Shown here piece after piece: positions 58,261 through 64,000 of a stretch of DNA of 64,000 nt. The translations under genes were made by a program, and so were the position numbers. Where the stretch lies: contig JAUQPH010000007.1 in assembly GCA_030550455.1 (NCBI GenBank), positions 5,600-69,599 on the forward strand, read 5' to 3'. This stretch comes from Thermoproteota archaeon. Its GTDB lineage: Archaea; Thermoproteota; Thermoprotei_A; Sulfolobales; NBVN01. The notes beneath the pieces are model-generated. The model did no database searches. It was not told the DNA's origin and worked only from the letters and a program-made list of their open reading frames with translations. Positions within the stretch are counted from its first letter, which is position 1. Each line of letters starts with the position of its first letter.

Positions 58261-59327
58261 TGGTATTGTGGTTCTCGAGTTGAGGAGGAGGAAAGATATA
58301 CGTTATTTTTCGATAATACTCACTATTCTTTCCGCCACCCTACTGTCACTAAACGGTGGCTCACTAAGTAGTTCCAGTGGGTACGAAATCACTTTCCAGC
58401 CCTGCTAATACAACACTTGGGTTTAAACTGATTCTTGGGCACACTCGCTCCAATAGCTTCACGTCTCTCTGCAGGGTTCCCCAGCATTAAAACAGGCTTC
58501 TTTATTCCGAGGAAAGTAGCTTTTTACGGCATCCTACCCGAATCACTCATGACGAGCCTCAAGTTTTCAATAAGGTCAGGAACTCAAAGTAGCCTTGCTG
58601 CGGAACAATCTGTACGTACTCTAAGTTACTCAAAGTCGTGAGAAGCCATATTCTTCCGGTCTCCTACGTGCTCTCGGCGAATAGAGTAACTACCGGAATT
58701 AATATTCTCCTTCGATGCCTCTATGAGGTTCTTCAAAACTCTTTCGATTGCTAATCTTTTAATCTTAAAGTTTATATGAAAACGCAACTCTATCAGCTAA
58801 GCAGCAACAAAGAGCTTCAGTCTATCTTCCCCAATCTGGATAAGAGGCTTTATAATGCATAATAGTAACTCGCAACGTTCTAACCTCCACAAAGACTAGT
58901 TTATCTTCTACAAAACTCCTTTCTTTATTTTAATTAAGACTTAGGAAATAATCTTCTTAACATCACTCATGCAGGAATTAATATGACATGAGAGTTGAAA
59001 ACCTTTGAATGAACGAGTTTAGACAGAGATAGTAGATGACCTAAACGACCATCTTTATTGATTGGTGAGTTAAAAATTCTCTTAGAAGACACTCTAAGAG
59101 GGGTGGTAGCTCGCGAAACAAGCGCTAAAGGTTTAAGAGTATTTCAGGTTAGAGAAGATAATAAGGAGGTTTGTGTGCGTTATTGTGTATTAGATAGATT
59201 CGAAATTCGCAACTCATAATGCAAAGCATATTATCGATTTTGATTGACGCTGTCTAGACACACCCTTTACAGGATTAAGATAAGAACTTTTAACCCCCTA
59301 CTAGTGATATTTCTTGAATGAATAGAC

Positions 59328-60320
59328 TTGAGAAGAGAGGTGGTAATTAGATTGAAAGGGAAAATTCTAGTTACCGGTGGCGCAGGATTTATTGGTAGTC
59401 ACTTGGTTGATAAGTTGATAGGAATGGGCTTTTTTGTCCGAGTCGTAGATAATTTCTCTACAGGGCGTATTGAAAATTTAATGCATCATATAGAAATCAA
59501 AAATTCAGCCTTAGAGCTAATAAGAGGTGACCTTAAGAATCCAAATGATTCATATGAGGTGGTAAAAGGGGTAGATGTAGTGTTTCATTTCGCAGCCAAT
59601 CCTGAAGTAAAAGTTTCTACAATAAGTCCTAAGACACATTACAACGAAAATATCTTATCTACGTTTAATTTGCTCGAAGCAATGAGAGAACTTGAGGTTA
59701 AGGAGCTAGTTTTTGCCTCATCTAGTTCAGTCTATGGAGAACCAGACGTCATTCCTGTGGATGAGAACCATCGTGTGGCACCAATCTCAGTTTACGGAGC
59801 AACGAAAGCAGCCTGCGAAAACCTGATTCATGCGTATTCCCGGCTATATGGAATCAGATGCGTAATTTTAAGATACGCAAATGTTGTCGGTCCCAGATTG
59901 AGGCATGGAGTAATCTTTGATCTACTAATGAAGCTAGCTAAAAACCGAGGAAAGTTAGAGGTTCTCGGCGATGGTACACAAATTAGGAGTTATGTGTATA
60001 TAGATGATGCAGTAGAGGCAACCATAATTGCATGGAGAAGTGGAACTAAAAATTATGACGTATACAATGTAGCTTCTGTTGACTGGATTGACGTGAGGAC
60101 CGTTGTCGACATAATACTAAACGAGTTAAATATCACGAATTTATCAATAGAATACAAACCAACATTGCATGGAGTTGGTTGGCCCGGCGATGTAAAGAGA
60201 ATAGCGTTAGATATCAAAAAGCTGAAGGAACTCGGTTTTAAACCCAGTTTAAACAGCGTTGAAGCAGTTAGAAGAACCGTGCGACACTTAATCCAGGAGT
60301 TAAATCTAAGGTTTGCATAA
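59328..60320 (+). CDS. NAD-dependent sugar epimerase/dehydratase (UDP-glucose 4-epimerase family)
   Basis: VTGGAGFIGSHL Rossmann motif and the YGATK catalytic motif. The start may be the TTG at 59352. Confidence 0.85.
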   Translation: MRREVVIRLKGKILVTGGAGFIGSHLVDKLIGMGFFVRVVDNFSTGRIENLMHHIEIKNSALELIRGDLKNPNDSYEVVKGVDVVFHFAANPEVKVSTISPKTHYNENILSTFNLLEAMRELEVKELVFASSSSVYGEPDVIPVDENHRVAPISVYGATKAACENLIHAYSRLYGIRCVILRYANVVGPRLRHGVIFDLLMKLAKNRGKLEVLGDGTQIRSYVYIDDAVEATIIAWRSGTKNYDVYNVASVDWIDVRTVVDIILNELNITNLSIEYKPTLHGVGWPGDVKRIALDIKKLKELGFKPSLNSVEAVRRTVRHLIQELNLRFA

Positions 60321-60333
60321 GGCGTGACTGCTT

Positions 60334-61437
60334 ATGTCAGTACATGGGTATAAAGTGCTTTTTGATAGTACTCGAAAGAAGCACGTTCATGATAATGCTG
60401 TCATAATATCCTTGCCTGCAGTAAGAGAAGAGAAAACCATTGGAAATGTTGTAAGGAAAATAAGAGAGCAGTTGGGGGATAAGGCGTATATAGTAGTATG
60501 TGTTAAAGATGAGGAAGATCCAACAGTAAAAGCTGCATTAGAGAGCGGTGTTGACGCCATAGTACTTCAGCCGAAACGGGGTTATGGTCTGGCACATTTA
60601 ACGGCAATGCACTATGGAAGATCAAGAATACCAAATGCTAAAACTATAGTGATGGTTGATGCTGATGATACCTATGATCTAAGTAGGTTACATGAAATGG
60701 TCGAGCTCTCATTAAGGCATAGAGCCCTCGTCATCGGTAATAGATTAGAGAAAAAACCTAGTAGGAACGCTATGCCAACATTGAATTATCTGGGCAACAA
60801 AATATTATCCTTGATATTTAGAATACTCTTTACGAAGCATATCCCTGATACGCAGTCAGGACTCAAAGTGTTTCCCGCAGATTTATTAGAGCACCTTAGT
60901 ACAAACGGTATGGAGTTTTCCACAGAGGTCATAGTTGCTTCTCTAAAATCAGGTATTCCGATATATTCTGTTCCAATAAATTATTACCCTCGACTCGGTT
61001 CACCAAGTAAGTTAAGAAGATTCAGGGATTTTATGAGAATATTATGGTTTATATTTAGAGAAAGTATCACAAGATTTATGCTTAGTGGAGTCTTATCTCT
61101 ACTTATTGCTCAAGTAATACTTTTGATACTCCTAACTATTGGTTTAGAAAAACTACCCTCTCTAATTTTATCTAGTGAGGTATCCATATGGCTAGGCTTC
61201 ATGATTAATGATAGATATTATAATTTCCTGCAGGATAAAGACTCGTATAGAGACTTTATATGGCGCGGCCTCAAGTACAACAGCATCTATGTTTTCTCAA
61301 TTATTTTAGCCTCTGGCATCGCATTACTTATTCATAATTGTGTTGATCTTCACTTGGTTTTAGCTAACTTTATTGCGTCTATCATGATATTTCCGTTGAA
61401 CTATTTTATAAATATACGTTTGACGTGGAATTGGTGA
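60334..61437 (+). CDS. Family 2 glycosyltransferase fused to a GtrA-like membrane domain
   Basis: GT-A fold with VMVDADDTYD (DxD). The C-terminal ~120 aa have four TM helices of GtrA type. Confidence 0.8.
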   Translation: MSVHGYKVLFDSTRKKHVHDNAVIISLPAVREEKTIGNVVRKIREQLGDKAYIVVCVKDEEDPTVKAALESGVDAIVLQPKRGYGLAHLTAMHYGRSRIPNAKTIVMVDADDTYDLSRLHEMVELSLRHRALVIGNRLEKKPSRNAMPTLNYLGNKILSLIFRILFTKHIPDTQSGLKVFPADLLEHLSTNGMEFSTEVIVASLKSGIPIYSVPINYYPRLGSPSKLRRFRDFMRILWFIFRESITRFMLSGVLSLLIAQVILLILLTIGLEKLPSLILSSEVSIWLGFMINDRYYNFLQDKDSYRDFIWRGLKYNSIYVFSIILASGIALLIHNCVDLHLVLANFIASIMIFPLNYFINIRLTWNW

Positions 61438-62553
61438 TTGATGTTGAGGGTAGCTTTCGTTACTGAGCTATTCCCACCGCATGTAGGGGGGCAAGAGTTT
61501 CGCTTTTCTCAGTTTGCTAAGTTACTCATCAGCAAGGGGTGGAGCGTTGACGTTTACACTATTAAACATCAAAGAAGCCTACCCGAATATGAGAGGTTGG
61601 ACAAAATTTCTATCTATAGATATATAACGTTGACAGATTACGTTAAGCCAGGATCGCGGGCCCCTATTCCACTATTGAAATATATTATTAAAACAAGGAA
61701 GCTGATAGAAACGATCCATACAGAGTATGATGTTCTTCTCGTGAATGAGATGCCCATATTACATCTATATGCTATTCCTAGATATGATAACTTAGTCGTA
61801 GACGTCTGCGAGGTTCATAGCAAAGGCTTACTGAGAATAATGACCAATAATCCGATGAAGCATTTAAAACATGCCATAGCCGTGAGCGATTTTATAGGGG
61901 AATGGTTGAAAAAAATCAATAAAGAAGCTAAAGTTGAAACCATTAGAACCCCTTTAAAAATATCTGAGTACTTTTCAAATCCGGACAAGAAAGAACCTTA
62001 TACTATTCTGTACGTAGGCAGATTAGTCCCTCATAAGAACGTTTTGAACTTAGCGAAAGCAGTAATTAAGATTAGAACGAGCAATGATAAACTCAGATGG
62101 AGATTAATTGTTGTGGGGAGTGGAGAAAGGTATTTAGAAAATTTAATTAGTAAATTATCTGAGAGATATGAGTTTATTGAATACTTGGGGTACGTAAGAG
62201 AAGGCGAGAAGAGGGAACTCTTTAAAAGAGCTTGGCTTTTTGCCATTCCAAGTATAAGAGAAGGATTCCCTAATAGTGTGGCTGAGGCTGTAGCATCTAG
62301 CACGCCTGTGCTTGTGGTTAAATGTCCTAATAGTGGACTATGGTATGAAGTCTTAAAGTATAGAATCGGAAAGGTCTGCAGCGATGCGAGCTCCGAGTAT
62401 TTGGCCAGATGTCTTGCGGATATCGACGAAGATACGTATTTTAGATATGTTGAAGGCACATATAAACTGCGTAGAGAATTTGATGAATCATATGTATATG
62501 CGAAACTATCGTTTTTCCTAACTAAGGTGGTTAATCATGAGAGTTTCGAATAA
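61438..62553 (+). CDS. Family 4 (GT-B) glycosyltransferase
   Basis: Motif PSIREGFPNSVAEAVASSTPVLV. Confidence 0.8.
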   Translation: MMLRVAFVTELFPPHVGGQEFRFSQFAKLLISKGWSVDVYTIKHQRSLPEYERLDKISIYRYITLTDYVKPGSRAPIPLLKYIIKTRKLIETIHTEYDVLLVNEMPILHLYAIPRYDNLVVDVCEVHSKGLLRIMTNNPMKHLKHAIAVSDFIGEWLKKINKEAKVETIRTPLKISEYFSNPDKKEPYTILYVGRLVPHKNVLNLAKAVIKIRTSNDKLRWRLIVVGSGERYLENLISKLSERYEFIEYLGYVREGEKRELFKRAWLFAIPSIREGFPNSVAEAVASSTPVLVVKCPNSGLWYEVLKYRIGKVCSDASSEYLARCLADIDEDTYFRYVEGTYKLRREFDESYVYAKLSFFLTKVVNHESFE

Positions 62554-64000
62554 CATTTTAGAAAAACACCTTATATTTACCATATTCATCAGTTTTGTCT
62601 CAATCGTTATCATATATCCCGTTATGAGAAAAGTAGTCAATGGTGAAGTTTTTGGCGGTGATGTTGGACAGTACTTAATATCAGCATATGCCATTGTTCA
62701 CGGCAGAAACTTTGTTTATAACTACCCCTACCCACTTATATCGTTGATATATGTACCGATTGTGCTACTACTTAAAGATTCATTTATTCAATACGTTATA
62801 GGTTGTCTTCTCGGGCCTATTTTGATGATTTTGCTTGTGGTAGCAACATACTTATCTATAACATCTCTAATAAACGATAAAAATTACATAAAAAATAGCA
62901 TAGCATCGACATTGGGAAGCGTTCCAGTGGCTTTTTTCCCATTATACTTAGATGCTATAGGTTGGGGCGGACAAGCTCAGTTCCTCGGATTAATCTTAGG
63001 AATGATTTTGATCAGGTTTTATATAGAGAGGAAATCTATACACTTTATGATAACCAGCATACTTCTAGTTTTGGCTCACCCGTGGACAGCATCATACTTT
63101 ATATTAGCTCTGACATTGCATAAACTGATACTACTCTGTATAGAGGTAAAGAACGCTATAATTAAGAAAAAGTATATAATCCTTAACATGCTCAAGTTTA
63201 CTTTATTCCCTCTGTTAACATTTTTAATCCTCTCTTATTTTCCTCTAGGGAAAGAGGATATGGTGGGAATACCTATCAATAATGTTCCAGTTATTAAAGC
63301 CATAATGAAGGGGGAACTCGATCTCATCTCGTTTATTAGACGCTTGACTTTTCCTACGGAGACCGTTTTACTATTTTTATCTATCTCATTTTTTATATTC
63401 TTATTTTCAAGGTTATCATCATTAAGTAAAAGAAATGGCGATCAAAGCATGTCAAGCTATAGTAATGTTTTGCTTATAAGACTGTTATTAATTTTATCAT
63501 TTCTCTACATTGTTATATGTCCGGCACAATATGCTGATAGGGGTTTCTACATTATTCCAATACCTCTTTCGCTTCATCTGGGTAGAGCGTTATCAGATTA
63601 TATGAGCAAGTTACAGCCTTCTCACATCGATTTTAAGGGAGACAAGGCATCAAGAGCATTTCTCCTACTGTTCCTATCGATTTTCTTTCTAGGATCTTAC
63701 AGTGGGGGCGCTATAATGTATTATCCATCGAGTCTTAGTTATTATGGTATTCCTAGCGACTTATTTTACATGAACAACATACTTGGAGAAGTTAATGATA
63801 ACGTGCTGCTTATAACCCCTCATGCTCTCTGGTTTCCTGCCTCAGGTATACTAAAGACAAACGTTTTCGTAACTTCCCAGCCAGTATGGTTCATCCAGAA
63901 AAAACAAATAGAGTATGTCGAGTACTCTAATATGTTAGCATGGGGTAATTTATTTCTTAGATGTAATAGGGTTGTAGTAGTTGACTCTCAGCCTTTGTGG
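62537..64000 (+). CDS. Large polytopic membrane protein, partial (runs off the window). Possible glycan polymerase or oligosaccharyltransferase-like protein.
   Basis: I read the frame from the ATG at 62537 to 64000 (488 codons) and saw no stop. At least 10 hydrophobic segments. It is not in the supplied ORF track, presumably because no stop falls inside the window. Confidence 0.55.
   Translation, partial: MRVSNNILEKHLIFTIFISFVSIVIIYPVMRKVVNGEVFGGDVGQYLISAYAIVHGRNFVYNYPYPLISLIYVPIVLLLKDSFIQYVIGCLLGPILMILLVVATYLSITSLINDKNYIKNSIASTLGSVPVAFFPLYLDAIGWGGQAQFLGLILGMILIRFYIERKSIHFMITSILLVLAHPWTASYFILALTLHKLILLCIEVKNAIIKKKYIILNMLKFTLFPLLTFLILSYFPLGKEDMVGIPINNVPVIKAIMKGELDLISFIRRLTFPTETVLLFLSISFFIFLFSRLSSLSKRNGDQSMSSYSNVLLIRLLLILSFLYIVICPAQYADRGFYIIPIPLSLHLGRALSDYMSKLQPSHIDFKGDKASRAFLLLFLSIFFLGSYSGGAIMYYPSSLSYYGIPSDLFYMNNILGEVNDNVLLITPHALWFPASGILKTNVFVTSQPVWFIQKKQIEYVEYSNMLAWGNLFLRCNRVVVVDSQPLW

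Noticed and set aside
57522-58641. Five 60-90 aa ORFs in the gene desert (57522-57722, 57623-57841, 57678-57947, 58111-58371, 58435-58641)
   Set aside because: They overlap one another, run across the palindrome array and repeat copy 5, and have no plausible starts or motifs.
62031-62459. 142-aa ORF antisense to the GT4 glycosyltransferase
   Set aside because: It is embedded in a gene with a clear GT-B motif. AT-rich DNA yields long spurious antisense frames.

Overview
This window looks like chromosomal DNA from a hyperthermophile-type crenarchaeon. The gene content is Desulfurococcales-like: TFS, RpoL/Rpo11, a short-form XPF, and TATA boxes about 30 nt upstream of starts. I cannot assign a species from sequence alone.

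Layout:
- 1-45.6 kb is mostly core genome. It holds pstSCAB-phoU, tfs, rpoL, pmbA/tldD, gdhA, a lone hypD, an XPF+DHH pair, a TAXI binding protein with DUF1850, pgk, a peptide-type ABC importer without ATPases, a GlmU-like enzyme, a MoxR-DUF58 cluster facing DUF4129/DUF4350-like genes, a secreted beta-propeller protein and tRNA-Gly(GCC).
- 45.6-52.3 kb is an accessory toxin-antitoxin island. It has two HEPN-MNT pairs, two VapBC pairs, a decayed PIN gene and a tyrosine-recombinase fragment.
- At 52292 a 3' fragment of a class II (Ser-like) tRNA abuts a tyrosine integrase. Five orphan ORFs and an HTH gene follow, which suggests an integrated element whose right end I cannot locate.
- 57.1-59.3 kb has no credible ORF. 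It carries short direct repeats, a dense array of TTCCAGT half-site palindromes (ORB-like) and one copy of a dispersed repeat.
- 59.3-64 kb is a visibly AT-richer glycosylation cluster.

The least explained signal is a family of roughly 260-310 bp intergenic repeats. There are five copies, with conserved ends, a GC-rich core and a hairpin showing a compensatory base-pair change.

No rRNA genes or CRISPR arrays were seen. All similarity calls rest on motifs read by eye. No database search was run.
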